From an uncultured Pelagibacteraceae bacterium (GTDB taxonomy: Bacteria > Pseudomonadota > Alphaproteobacteria > Pelagibacterales > Pelagibacteraceae), in contig CACJGL010000004.1 in NCBI GenBank assembly GCA_902592965.1, positions 4,624 through 68,623 on the forward strand: a DNA stretch of 64,000 nucleotides, read 5' to 3'. The position numbers and the translations under genes were made by a program. Under the pieces are notes generated by a model. The model searched no databases. It saw only the letters and a list, made by a program, of their open reading frames with translations, and had not been told where the DNA came from. Within the stretch, counting starts at the first letter, position 1; every line of letters starts with the position of its first letter. Shown here one piece after another: positions 11,328 to 21,726 of the stretch.

Positions 11328-11630
11328 ATGTTAAAACTGTCTTTATTTATTGCTGCAATTATATTTAGCATACTTACTTGGGCTACTGCTAATGTATGCA
11401 GCTATAATTATGTTATCAAAAAAAAAAGTAATATAATTGAAGAATTGAGTAAAGAGATTGATATTTCATTGGGTAATACGAGAGTATATTATTTTAGAGA
11501 ATTAAATTGTAAAAAAGCTGATTTAAGTTTTGATATGATTAGAATGATGGAAAATATTGAAGTTATATCTGTGATGTTTTATCAATATTTTACAACGGAC
11601 ATAACAGGAAAACCTTTGGGAGATAAATAA
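11328..11630 (+). CDS. Hypothetical exported/membrane-anchored protein
   Basis: Hydrophobic N-terminus, two Cys, fills the gap between pilins and HIT gene. Confidence 0.6.
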   Translation: MLKLSLFIAAIIFSILTWATANVCSYNYVIKKKSNIIEELSKEIDISLGNTRVYYFRELNCKKADLSFDMIRMMENIEVISVMFYQYFTTDITGKPLGDK

Positions 11631-11636
11631 TAATCT

Positions 11637-12002
11637 ATGAAATATGATGAGAATAACATATTTGCAAAAATCTTAAGAGGTGAAATATCTTGTAATAAAA
11701 TTTATGAAGATGATTTTGTATTATCTTTTTATGACATAAATCCTCAAAAAAAAATTCATGCATTAGTAATTCCAAAAGGAAAATATATAGACTTAGACGA
11801 CTTCAGTACAAATGCATCCAATGAAGAAATAATTGGTTTAATGAAAGGTGTTACAACTGTTGCAAAAAAATTAGGTATCTCGTCCGTTGATGGTAAAGGT
11901 TATAGAGCTCTGGCCAATATAAGTGATTACGGTGGTCAAGAAGTTCCGCATCTGCATTTCCATTTATTTGGTGGTGAAAAAGTTGGAAAAATGGTTTCGT
12001 GA
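11637..12002 (+). CDS. HIT (histidine triad) nucleotide-binding protein
   Basis: NIFAKILRGEI, GGQEVPHLHFHL. Confidence 0.95.
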   Translation: MKYDENNIFAKILRGEISCNKIYEDDFVLSFYDINPQKKIHALVIPKGKYIDLDDFSTNASNEEIIGLMKGVTTVAKKLGISSVDGKGYRALANISDYGGQEVPHLHFHLFGGEKVGKMVS

Positions 12003-12511
12003 TAACTAGGGTTGATAGAAAATATTTAGAGATAGACTCACCAGATAAAATTAATTTATCTGAAAAGCCTCAAAATTCGTGCAAGATAGAAAAAAAAAAT
12101 CCACCAGATTTTCAAATCAATAAATTTTTTTATAAGAACATTGGTAAAAGTTATCGTTGGATCGATAGATTAGTTTGGAATGACACTAAATGGATGGATT
12201 ATACTAACAATTCAAATTTAGAGACTTACATACTTTCTGAAAATGACAATTTAATTGGTTTTTTTGAGCTTTTGTTTCATCCAGAGACAAGAAAATGCGA
12301 AGTAGCCTATTTTGGAGTTCTAGACGAATTTATAGGTAAAAAATATGGTGGTTATCTTTTATCTGAAGCATTGAAGTTAGGATTTAGAAAAAATACCAAA
12401 AAAGTTTGGTTACACACCTGCTCATTAGATCACAAACATGCCCTAAAAAATTATTTAGGAAGGGGAATGAAAATTTTTAAATCAGAGACTATTAATTTAG
12501 ATATTAGTTAA
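11999..12511 (+). CDS. GNAT family acetyltransferase
   Basis: YFGV..FIGKKYGGYLL, VWLHTCSLDH..AL.NY..RG. Confidence 0.9.
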   Translation: MITRVDRKYLEIDSPDKINLSEKPQNSCKIEKKNPPDFQINKFFYKNIGKSYRWIDRLVWNDTKWMDYTNNSNLETYILSENDNLIGFFELLFHPETRKCEVAYFGVLDEFIGKKYGGYLLSEALKLGFRKNTKKVWLHTCSLDHKHALKNYLGRGMKIFKSETINLDIS

Positions 12512-13058
12512 TATAATTTTGAATCTTAAATACTTTTTGATCAATCATCATATTTGTTTTCATATCAGTTAACTTTGTTTCAACTCTATTTAGATAAATA
12601 TCTGTTGTTGTCCACCCCTTTATCTCATAACTTATTTTATCAAAAAAAATGTTTAATAAATTGTTATTATGTATAATTTCAAAAGAAAGGGTTTCATCAT
12701 TTTCTTGAACAATTTTTACCTTATCTAACTTATCAAGAAGAAATTTTTTATCTAAAATTAAATTAAGGGGTGTATCCTTAAGTTGGTATCTTAAATAATT
12801 TTTAATTTTTTTACTATTTATCACGAGCGATTTTCCGTTAGATACTAAAATTTTATTATAAATATCATCATATTTACAAAATATTTTTTTTGGATATGAA
12901 ATTATACATTCGCCTTGTTCAGTTTTTTTTCCAATTTTTTGTACGAATTTAAAAGATATATTATCTGTTTCTTCTAGTTTATTTTTTATTAGTTGCTTCG
13001 TTGATGCAAAAATATTTAATGGATAAAAAAAAATAAAAATAAAAATTATATATTTCAC
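12504..13058 (-). CDS. lolA: Outer-membrane lipoprotein carrier LolA family
   Basis: Signal peptide, F.Q..G...P.K...Y, LVSNGK, TPL; directly downstream of ftsK. Confidence 0.8.
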   Translation of the reverse strand: MKYIIFIFIFFYPLNIFASTKQLIKNKLEETDNISFKFVQKIGKKTEQGECIISYPKKIFCKYDDIYNKILVSNGKSLVINSKKIKNYLRYQLKDTPLNLILDKKFLLDKLDKVKIVQENDETLSFEIIHNNNLLNIFFDKISYEIKGWTTTDIYLNRVETKLTDMKTNMMIDQKVFKIQNYIN

Positions 13059-15137
13059 TATTTTAAAACTTCTCTTTTGCCGACATGGTTAGCTTTACTT
13101 ACTTCACCATTTAATTCCATTTGATCAATAATTCTAGCAGCTCTATTATATCCAATTTGTAATTTTCTTTGCAAAAATGAGGTAGATGCTTTTCTTTCTG
13201 ATTTAATTATTTCTAAAGCTTCATTATACAATTCATCAGTATCAGAATTATCCTTATTTTTATCATTAATCTCTTTCTCATCAGCGAAGTTTAAAATTTC
13301 ATCAACATAATCTGGCTCTGCTTGGTTTCTGAGAAAGTTATTTACTTTATCTATTTCTATCTCTGAAACGTAGGGTGCGTGTATCCTTGTTATCCTGTTT
13401 GCAGAAGACATATACAACATGTCTCCTCTCCCTAAGAGTTGCTCAGCTCCCTGTTCACCCAAAATTGTTCTGCTATCAATTTTAGAAGTTACTTGGAATG
13501 AAATACGAGTAGGAAAATTAGCTTTTATAGTTCCAGTTATCACGTCAACACTTGGTCTTTGTGTAGCCATTATTATATGAATTCCAGCAGCTCTAGCCAT
13601 TTGTGATAATTTTTGAATATAGTTTTCAATTTCTTTTCCAGCTACCAACATGAGATCTGACATTTCATCAACTATTACAACAATATAAGGCATCTTAACT
13701 TTATGCTTCTCGTTATATCCATCAATGTTCCTCACACCCACTTTTGTCATTAACCTGTATCTACTCTCCATTTCTTTAACTACCCAACCCAAAACAGATG
13801 CTGCTTTTTTTGCTTCAGTAATAACAGGACATAATAAATGTGGTATCCCTTCATAGGTCGAAAGTTCTAGCATTTTTGGATCGATCAAAATAAATTTACA
13901 GACGTCAGGTGTATGTTTGTAAATAAGTGATAGGATAATTGTATTAATACATACTGATTTCCCTGAACCAGTAGTCCCTGCTATTAATAAATGAGGCATT
14001 GAACTTAAATCACTAGTTATTGGTTCTCCAGATATACTCTTACCAAGAGCAATAGGTAATTTAATTTCTCTTTTTTTAAAATTCTTATCTGAAATTATTT
14101 CTCTTAAAAAAAACATTTTCTCTGGATATCTTTGGTAGTTCAATGCCAACAGTATTACTTCCAGGTATTGTGGCTATTCTTGCAGACTCTGAACTTGTAT
14201 TTCTAGCTATATCTTCTGCTAAATTTATTATTTTGGAAACTTTAACTCCAGCCGCAGGCTCAAATTCATTGAGAGAAACAACGGGTCCATTACTGATTTT
14301 TTTTATTTTTCCTTCAACACCAAAATCAAGAAGTATTTTTTCTAAACCTTCTGCATTTATTTTAATATCATCTTTTTTATTAGAGCCTTTTTCTGGTTTT
14401 TTTAAAAAATCAATTAAAGGTAATTTAATTTTTACGTCACTTAAAATTGATTTTTTATTAGAAAACAAATCTTTTTGAACGGGTGGTTCTTTAGATCTTT
14501 CAATTGTAGTATTTTCTTTAAAAATATTTTCTTGAGTAATTAAATTATCTTTTTTTGATGAAAACAATTTTTTTATCATAGTAAAAAAACTTATAATATG
14601 AGTAATTTTAAAATTACTGCTTAGTAAAAAAAATAATAAAATAAAAAATATTAACAAATAGTAACTTAATGTTTGATTAATTTTCAAAAAATCTGCAATT
14701 ACAGTTTCTGACATTAAATCACCAACAAAACCGTTATTTCCATTTATTATTAACCAATAGGTTTCCTTATGAAAAATACTAAAGAAAAATGTTGCAACAA
14801 TAATGTAAAGAATTGTGAAAAAAACATTTTCTATAATAATAATAAATTTTTTGTTAATTGTTATTGATACTCCAGTAAATAGAAGAGAAAAAGGAATCAA
14901 AAGTGAAATTAAGCCAACTGACTGAAAAAATATATCAGCTATGAAGCTTCCCCTAAATCCAAGAAAATTTTTTATCTCCTGACTTTCTGGAAATATAAAA
15001 TTTGGATCATCTGGAGAATAGCTAATTAAAGATATAAAAAGCAATATTGAGATAACTACTAGAAAAATACCTACTAATTCGGCTAATCTCCTTATAATAA
15101 AATCGCTTAATTTATTGATATAATTTTTAAATACCAT
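13058..15137 (-). CDS. ftsK: DNA translocase FtsK; +1 frameshift in T8 (A8 at 14106-14113)
   Basis: 4TM N-terminus and alpha domain in one frame; GTTGSGKS, IVDEMSDLM, ATQRPS and gamma domain LQIGYNRAAR in the next. Confidence 0.95.
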
Positions 15138-15198
15138 GAATCAAAACTACTTTTGTCACTTTGTATCATTTAATTTTTATTGTTAAAATTATTTTGTT

Positions 15199-16281
15199 AT
15201 GAAAATTTGTCTTATAGGCCAAAATTTAACAAATTTGATTCTCGCTAACGTTTTTGAGCAAAAAAAACTTAATGTTGACATATATATAAATAAAAAATTT
15301 CAAAACATTAAAACAAATAGAACAATAGCTTTATCAAGCGAAAATTTTGATTATTTAAAATTTGTAGCAAAATCTAATATTATATCTTGGAAAAGCAGGG
15401 AAATTAAAATTTTTACAGAAAGTTCACAATCCAAAGAGATAATCAACTTTAATAGAAAAAATAAAGAGGTTTTTAATTTAGTATCTTACTCAAAATTAAA
15501 TGAAATTTTTTTTAAAAAAATAAAAAAATCAAAATTTATAAAATTATATTATTCAAATACTTCTAGTTCACTTATTGTAAATAAAATTAAAAAATATGAT
15601 TTAGTTATTAATAGTGAAAACAAAAATTTTATTTCAAATAAATTTTTTACAAATAAAATAAAAAAAAATTACAAAAGTAGAGCATATACATTTCTAATAA
15701 ATCATCGTCGAAAAGATAATAATACTGCCATTCAAGTTTTTACAAAATTTGGACCTTTGGCATTTCTGCCATTATCTAATACTAAAACTTCAGTAGTTTT
15801 TTCTTATAAGGGAGTGAAAATAGATGATAAGAAAATTCTCGATATATTTAAAAAATATAATTCTTTTTATGCATTTACTAAAATTAATAAAATTGAAAAT
15901 TTTAGTTTGAGTTTTGAAATGCTTAGAAATTATACTTCTGGTAATATCCTTGCTTTTGGTGATTTAATACATCGTATACATCCCCTTGCAGGGCAAGGAT
16001 TTAACATGACAATTAGAGATATTAAAATAATTTCAAAAATATTAAATGATAGAATGTCACTAGGTCTTCCAATAGATATCTCTGTTGCTGAAGATTTCCA
16101 GAATTCTACTAAACATTTAAATTATCTTTATGGAAAAGCAATCGACGGTATTTATGAATTTTTTCGATTAGATAGCAATATTAATAATTCAATTTCAAAA
16201 CCAGTTTTTAGTATTTTAAATAAAAATTCTATTTTTAAAAAGTATTCTAATATTTTATCGGATAAAGGATTAAACCTATAA
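15199..16281 (+). CDS. UbiH/UbiL-like FAD-dependent monooxygenase
   Basis: F...GPLAFLP, GD..H.IHPLAGQGFNM..RD; divergent from ftsK as in other alphaproteobacteria. Confidence 0.82.
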   Translation: MKICLIGQNLTNLILANVFEQKKLNVDIYINKKFQNIKTNRTIALSSENFDYLKFVAKSNIISWKSREIKIFTESSQSKEIINFNRKNKEVFNLVSYSKLNEIFFKKIKKSKFIKLYYSNTSSSLIVNKIKKYDLVINSENKNFISNKFFTNKIKKNYKSRAYTFLINHRRKDNNTAIQVFTKFGPLAFLPLSNTKTSVVFSYKGVKIDDKKILDIFKKYNSFYAFTKINKIENFSLSFEMLRNYTSGNILAFGDLIHRIHPLAGQGFNMTIRDIKIISKILNDRMSLGLPIDISVAEDFQNSTKHLNYLYGKAIDGIYEFFRLDSNINNSISKPVFSILNKNSIFKKYSNILSDKGLNL

Positions 16282-16282
16282 A

Positions 16283-16924
16283 TTATTGGAGAGTAGTATT
16301 TTCAAACTCGTCTTTAATATAATTATTTAGAATTTGTTCCATTTTTTCTTTTCTTACATTTATATCAAGACTTTCTAATAATATTTGTTTTTCTTCTAAT
16401 GAAAAGGGTGATGCCATCGATAAATCATTAAGAGTTTGGCTTAGATCCTTCTTTTCTAAATCTTTTAAGTTTACAATATACCCTTGTTTTTTGAAAAATG
16501 TTCTCATGTTTTCCATAATTAAACTTAAATCTGAAAAGTTAACTTCGTTACTTCTTTGCATTATATCTTTTGAAAAATGATCATATTGAACATTGCACTC
16601 ACGATACATTTTTTCGGTATTTAACTCTGAGTAAATTTTGTATCTACAAATCCCGTTTAAAATAATAAGTATTCTACCGTCTTCCGTTTCATTGAAACTT
16701 GTGATTTTTCCAACACATCCTATTTCATATAAATCAGGTTTTTTCAAAGAACCTGTTTTTTTTGGCTGTATCATTCCAATCATCCTATGTTTTTTCATAC
16801 TATCATTCACCATTTGTAAATATCGAGGCTCAAAAATGTTCAGCGGAACAGTTGTGCCTGGAAAGATTATAAAATTCGATAAAGGGAAAATTGGTATAGT
16901 TTTCGGTAAATCTGCGAGCTTCAT
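16283..16924 (-). CDS. Lon substrate-binding domain protein
   Basis: IPIFPL..FPG...LNIFEPRY..MV, EKQILLE. Confidence 0.92.
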   Translation of the reverse strand: MKLADLPKTIPIFPLSNFIIFPGTTVPLNIFEPRYLQMVNDSMKKHRMIGMIQPKKTGSLKKPDLYEIGCVGKITSFNETEDGRILIILNGICRYKIYSELNTEKMYRECNVQYDHFSKDIMQRSNEVNFSDLSLIMENMRTFFKKQGYIVNLKDLEKKDLSQTLNDLSMASPFSLEEKQILLESLDINVRKEKMEQILNNYIKDEFENTTLQ

Positions 16925-17046
16925 ATCTTAATTATAATAATTCTTTTCAAGGTTACAACTATACAGAAATGATTAGTAGTCGCATTTAACTATTTAATCA
17001 CTTGCTAAATTCAAAAAAAGCTTTTAGTTTTATCATGAAAGAATAA

Positions 17047-17121
17047 GCGGGCATAGCTCAGTGGTAGAGCGTCTCGTTGCCAACGAGAAGGTCGTGGGTT
17101 CAAGTCCCATTGCCCGCTCCA
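17047..17121 (+). tRNA. tRNA-Gly(GCC)
   Basis: Acceptor stem GCGGGCA/TGCCCGC, anticodon arm TCTCG-TTGCCAA-CGAGA, GGTTCAA T-loop, encoded CCA. Confidence 0.97.
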
Positions 17122-17137
17122 TTGAAGGAATTATATT

Positions 17138-17476
17138 ATGAGTGATTTAGCAAGTAAAAAATGTATCCCGTGCGAAGGCAACATCCCGCCATTTAACACG
17201 GAAGAAATTCATAAATATTTAAAACAAGTTGATGGATGGGAAGTTATAGAGGATAAAATCGATGGATTTCATTTAATAAAAAATTTTAAATTTGATGATT
17301 TTTTACAAAGTCAAGAATTTGTGAATAAAGTTGGAGAAATTGCTGAAACAGAGGGACATCACCCTGATCTATGGTTTGGATGGGGCTATGCAAGAATTAA
17401 AATATTTACTCATGCAATTAAAGGTCTTGCTGAAAGTGATTTTATTTTAGCCGCTAAAATAGATAAGATAAATTGA
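17138..17476 (+). CDS. phhB: Pterin-4a-carbinolamine dehydratase
   Basis: CIPCEG, AETEGHHPD, THAIKGL..DFILAAKID. Confidence 0.93.
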   Translation: MSDLASKKCIPCEGNIPPFNTEEIHKYLKQVDGWEVIEDKIDGFHLIKNFKFDDFLQSQEFVNKVGEIAETEGHHPDLWFGWGYARIKIFTHAIKGLAESDFILAAKIDKIN

Positions 17477-19036
17477 TTAGTGACTAAAGTGTCTTGTTTT
17501 GGAAAATACTAAAATAGTATTTGTTTGGTCAGCAAATTTAATAATTTCTTTATCATTTTTTGAACCCGACGGTTGAATGACCGCTGAAATTCCTGCTTGT
17601 ACCAATTTTTCTATACCATCCACAAACGGGAAAAACGCATCAGATGCTGCTAAGATTTCATCGCTATCGCTTATTTTCTGAAACTTTTTCATTTTATCAA
17701 TTGCTATTTTGCAACTATCTAACCTACTTGGTTGACCAGAACCTATGCCTATTGTCTTGTAATCTTTTGTAATGACTATTGCATTCGATTTTACACTTCT
17801 GCATATATTAAATGCAAAAATAAGTTTGCTTAAAGTTTTATTCGTAGGTTTTAATTTTGATACAATTTTAAAATCTTTTTTAGAAAAATGTTGATTATCT
17901 GGATCTTGAACTAAAATAGAATTAAATTTATTCATAAAATTAAATCTAAAATTTTTTTCTACTTTACTAGAATCAATTAGCCTTAGGTTTTTTTTCTTTT
18001 TTAAAAGTTTGAATGATTTTTCGTCGAATCCATTTGCAACTATTACTTCAAAAAATATTTTATTAATCTCCTTAGCTAAACTAATATTTAATTTAAAGTT
18101 ACATGATACAATACCACCATAGGCACTAATTGGGTCACTTTCTAAAGCCTCTTTAAATGATTTGACTTTGTTTGTATCAATGGAAACTCCACAAGGATTA
18201 GCATGCTTAATTATTGCTACACCCTTATTTTTTGGTAAAGTTTTAGATATACTTAGGGCAGAATAAAGATCGTTATAGTTGTTGTAACTGAGTTGTTTTC
18301 CACTGATTTGAATAATTTCCTGCTTGTTATTTTGTGAATATATTGCCGCCTTTTGATGAGGGTTTTCACCATATCTTGTTTTCTCAACTAATTTTCCAGA
18401 AAATATATTCTTGATTGGGAAAAGGTTTTCAGACTTCTGGTTGAAATAATTAAAAATTTTTGATTCGTAATATGCTGTTTCCATAAATGCTTCTTCAGCC
18501 AATTTTTCTCTAAATTTTAAATTCGTTGAACCTTTATTTTTATTTAATTCAATAGTTAAATCTTCATACTGTTTTGTGTTACTTAGGATAACTACATCAT
18601 TATAATTTTTTGCAGCTGCTCTAACCATTGTTGGTCCTCCAATATCAATATTTTGAATTATATTTTTGTGACCAGAATTACTTGATAAAACTTTTTCAAA
18701 TGGATAAAAATTTATAATAACTAGATCTATATTTTCATAATTGTTAATTTTCATTTCTTCTTGATGTTTTTTATTCTGCCTAATATTCAAAATCCCAGAA
18801 TGAATTTTTGGATGCAATGTTTTTACTCTTCCATCTAGCAGCTCTTTTGAATTTGTAAATTTAGATACTTCTAAGCATTTAAAACCCATGCTTTTAATTT
18901 TTTTGTATGTACCACCTGAGCTTATTATTTTGATTTTATATTTTTTTAGTAAATTTAATAATGGCCTTAAATTGGATTTATCTGACAATGAAATTAAAGC
19001 AGTCCTAATTTTTATTGTATTTTTTCGAATGCCCAT
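17477..19036 (-). CDS. purH: Bifunctional AICAR transformylase/IMP cyclohydrolase
   Basis: GRVKTLHP, IDIGGPTMVRAAAKN, RYGENPHQ, ASDAFFPF, RHFSH. Confidence 0.98.
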   Translation of the reverse strand: MGIRKNTIKIRTALISLSDKSNLRPLLNLLKKYKIKIISSGGTYKKIKSMGFKCLEVSKFTNSKELLDGRVKTLHPKIHSGILNIRQNKKHQEEMKINNYENIDLVIINFYPFEKVLSSNSGHKNIIQNIDIGGPTMVRAAAKNYNDVVILSNTKQYEDLTIELNKNKGSTNLKFREKLAEEAFMETAYYESKIFNYFNQKSENLFPIKNIFSGKLVEKTRYGENPHQKAAIYSQNNKQEIIQISGKQLSYNNYNDLYSALSISKTLPKNKGVAIIKHANPCGVSIDTNKVKSFKEALESDPISAYGGIVSCNFKLNISLAKEINKIFFEVIVANGFDEKSFKLLKKKKNLRLIDSSKVEKNFRFNFMNKFNSILVQDPDNQHFSKKDFKIVSKLKPTNKTLSKLIFAFNICRSVKSNAIVITKDYKTIGIGSGQPSRLDSCKIAIDKMKKFQKISDSDEILAASDAFFPFVDGIEKLVQAGISAVIQPSGSKNDKEIIKFADQTNTILVFSKTRHFSH

Positions 19037-20637
19037 TTAATTTCCTGAGTTATACCTTTTATTTTGCCTGATAAACATATATTTTGGTTTTCACTAGTTA
19101 CATTTTTATTACCGAAATATATACCCGTTTCAATATTTATAATCTCGCAGTTAGTTGAAAATTTCCATCCAGAATTTTCAATTTCAATTAGTATAGTTTT
19201 GTTATCTAGAGTTTTTGTTAATTTAACACCTGGTTCCATATGAAATCTGATGTCATACTTTTTTGTTTCTAACTTGTTTTTTGAAATTATTATATCGGTT
19301 CCTATCAATTTATTTTTTTCAACGAAATATTCTAAAGATCTTTCATATAAAATTCCAAATTTTTTTAAAAAACCATTATGAGATGCTTTGATTAACCAAT
19401 AGTTTTTTTCATTAACAATATTTTTACCACTAATTTTCAAACCGTTTTCTAATGTTTTATAGTTTCCATTGTTTCTAAATGAACAACTTGAATGATTATT
19501 AATTATAAGTGCTGAATGAGCAGCAGTAGATTTTGAAATTAGATTTAATTTGTTTTTATAATCCTGAAAGTAACCAGAATTTGAAATAAGTTTTTTATCC
19601 TTGTAGAAGAATTCAAATGAAAGAGCTCCACTTTGATAATTATGTGAAAAGGTTTTTTGAGGTGAATTTCCAACATCCATTGCAAGAATACAATTTTTGT
19701 TTTTTAAAATGGCATATCCTCCTACTTCATTATTTGAATTTTCAAACTTATATTTATAAAGCGAAAGGTATTTATTAAATTCCTTTAAATCATTTTGATG
19801 ATTCCCATTGAATAGCAAACTTTGTTCGATTTTAGAAAAAACAGAATAAGATTTTCCTAGATAGAAAATTATTTCATCAAGGTACTCAGGTATATCATTA
19901 AAAGACTCCTTTAATAATTCTCTAACAAGAACAAAATATTTTAAATAAAAATTTAATTGCCTGATACTTCTCGTTTTCGGAAAATACTCATTATCAAAAG
20001 AATTAATAATAATTTTTCTTAGTAATTCTAATCCATAATTTAAAATTTTTTCATTTGCGTATGATAATCCAGTAATTATTATTGCTATACAGCCTAATAA
20101 TTTATCATTAACAGATCGAGATTTGCTTATTTCATTTATTAAATGATTAATCTGTTTATTTACAGAAAAATTAAATTTATTTTTATATTTAGTATCACTT
20201 TCATCATAAGATAATTTAGAGTTTGCAATCCAAGATATTATTCTCTTTGATAAAATATCTGTTTGCCATGTTAATGAATTATAACTTTGATTTTTTTCAA
20301 TCCATTTAATAATTATTGATTGTGTAATACTTGGGGAAGATTTTAAATCAATACTAAATAACCAATAAAAATTATTTAGTTTATTGAGGTTATTACTACT
20401 TAAAAATTTACTTTCCCAAATATTATCTTTATCTAATTCTTCAATTTTAATTTTTTTTTTATCATATTTAACCAGGCAGCTTAAAATACTTAGACTTGGT
20501 CTATAGGAAATGTTGCTTATCTCAATTTTTGAAATTTTATTATTATAAAACCTTGATTTTAAGTATAAATCTCTTATTTGATTTTTAGTGTAGTAAAAAA
20601 ATTCATTTATTAAAATTAAAGAATTTTTTAAATACAT
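19012..20637 (-). CDS. Heparinase II/III-like protein
   Basis: LFNG, GALSFEF, STAAHSAL, ASHNGF, IRFH; conserved position between rpe and purH. Confidence 0.8.
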   Translation of the reverse strand: MYLKNSLILINEFFYYTKNQIRDLYLKSRFYNNKISKIEISNISYRPSLSILSCLVKYDKKKIKIEELDKDNIWESKFLSSNNLNKLNNFYWLFSIDLKSSPSITQSIIIKWIEKNQSYNSLTWQTDILSKRIISWIANSKLSYDESDTKYKNKFNFSVNKQINHLINEISKSRSVNDKLLGCIAIIITGLSYANEKILNYGLELLRKIIINSFDNEYFPKTRSIRQLNFYLKYFVLVRELLKESFNDIPEYLDEIIFYLGKSYSVFSKIEQSLLFNGNHQNDLKEFNKYLSLYKYKFENSNNEVGGYAILKNKNCILAMDVGNSPQKTFSHNYQSGALSFEFFYKDKKLISNSGYFQDYKNKLNLISKSTAAHSALIINNHSSCSFRNNGNYKTLENGLKISGKNIVNEKNYWLIKASHNGFLKKFGILYERSLEYFVEKNKLIGTDIIISKNKLETKKYDIRFHMEPGVKLTKTLDNKTILIEIENSGWKFSTNCEIINIETGIYFGNKNVTSENQNICLSGKIKGITQEIKWAFEKIQ

Positions 20638-20638
20638 C

Positions 20639-21298
20639 TTACATTGATTTTAGAGTTTCTATATTTTTTTTAATATCACCATTGTTTTCTTTGAATATTG
20701 TTGTTCCAGAAACTAATATATTTGCTCCCGCTGATATAACTTCTTTTGAATTAGAGAAATTTATTCCACCATCAACTTCAATATCAAATTTTAATTTCTT
20801 ATCTTTTTTTATTTGATAAAGTTTTTTAATTTTTTCAATTACTTCTGGAATAAATTTTTGACCACCAAAACCAGGATATACACTCATAATTAAAACTAAA
20901 TCTATTTCTTTTAATAGTTTTTCAATGACACTTACTTCCGTATTTGGATTTAAAGATATGCCTACTTTTTTATTTAATTGTTTTATAAGTTTAATCGACT
21001 CAATCAAATTATCGGTTGCTTCAGGGTGAATTGTTATTATATCAGATCCTGCTTCAGCAAAATTTTTTATATATTTATGAACTGGTGAGATCATTAAATG
21101 TACATCAAAAGGTAATTTTGTGTAATTTCTAAGTGTTTTTATCACTGGGGGACCAATTGTAATATTGGGAACAAAATGTCCATCCATTACATCGACATGA
21201 ATTAAGTCAGCGCCACCACCTTCTAATCTTTTAATTTCCTCACCTAATTGGCTAAAATCTGCAGAAAGTATTGATGGCGAAATTTGTATATTTTTCAT
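20639..21298 (-). CDS. rpe: Ribulose-phosphate 3-epimerase
   Basis: SPSILSADF, HVDVMDGHFVPN, MSVYPGFGGQ, EVDGG. Confidence 0.98.
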   Translation of the reverse strand: MKNIQISPSILSADFSQLGEEIKRLEGGGADLIHVDVMDGHFVPNITIGPPVIKTLRNYTKLPFDVHLMISPVHKYIKNFAEAGSDIITIHPEATDNLIESIKLIKQLNKKVGISLNPNTEVSVIEKLLKEIDLVLIMSVYPGFGGQKFIPEVIEKIKKLYQIKKDKKLKFDIEVDGGINFSNSKEVISAGANILVSGTTIFKENNGDIKKNIETLKSM

Positions 21299-21345
21299 TA
21301 ATATATAAAAACTAGTACTATCAATTTTTTAATATATTTGAATTA

Positions 21346-21681
21346 TTATTTACCAAATATTTTATAGATTTCTGCAGCTATTTCACTTTCTAATGGAAAC
21401 GATAACATTCCCATAACAGAATAACCCATTAAATAAGGCATTAAATAAAATCTAAACATATAAAAAAACCACGCTACATAAAGTGGAACTAATGGTCCTA
21501 TAATGAAACTAGGAGTTATGAATTTAAAAATTTTAATAATTGGATTTGTGTATTTTACAAATACTTTCATAAAAAAGAATTCAGAATCTTCTTTTTGAAA
21601 AATATTCATTGCAGATCTTCCAATTAAAGTCCACATAATGATACCTAAAATGTAGTCTATTACTAAAATATATAAAGGCAT
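21346..21681 (-). CDS. Small membrane protein (distantly YggT-like)
   Basis: Hydrophobic helices; MWTLIGR..F...TNPII pattern. Confidence 0.6.
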   Translation of the reverse strand: MPLYILVIDYILGIIMWTLIGRSAMNIFQKEDSEFFFMKVFVKYTNPIIKIFKFITPSFIIGPLVPLYVAWFFYMFRFYLMPYLMGYSVMGMLSFPLESEIAAEIYKIFGK

Positions 21682-21688
21682 TTATCTG

Positions 21689-21715
21689 AAAAAATGGGGG
21701 CGGTATCCGCCCCCA
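21689..21715 (-). terminator. Rho-independent terminator after the symporter
   Basis: Perfect stem TGGGGGCGG-N3-CCGCCCCCA followed by T6 on the minus strand. Confidence 0.85.
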
Positions 21716-21726
21716 AAAAGTTTAAT

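Noticed and set aside
17047-17476. tRNA-Gly as an integration site
   Set aside because: No integrase and no duplicated tRNA 3' end found; flanking genes are housekeeping
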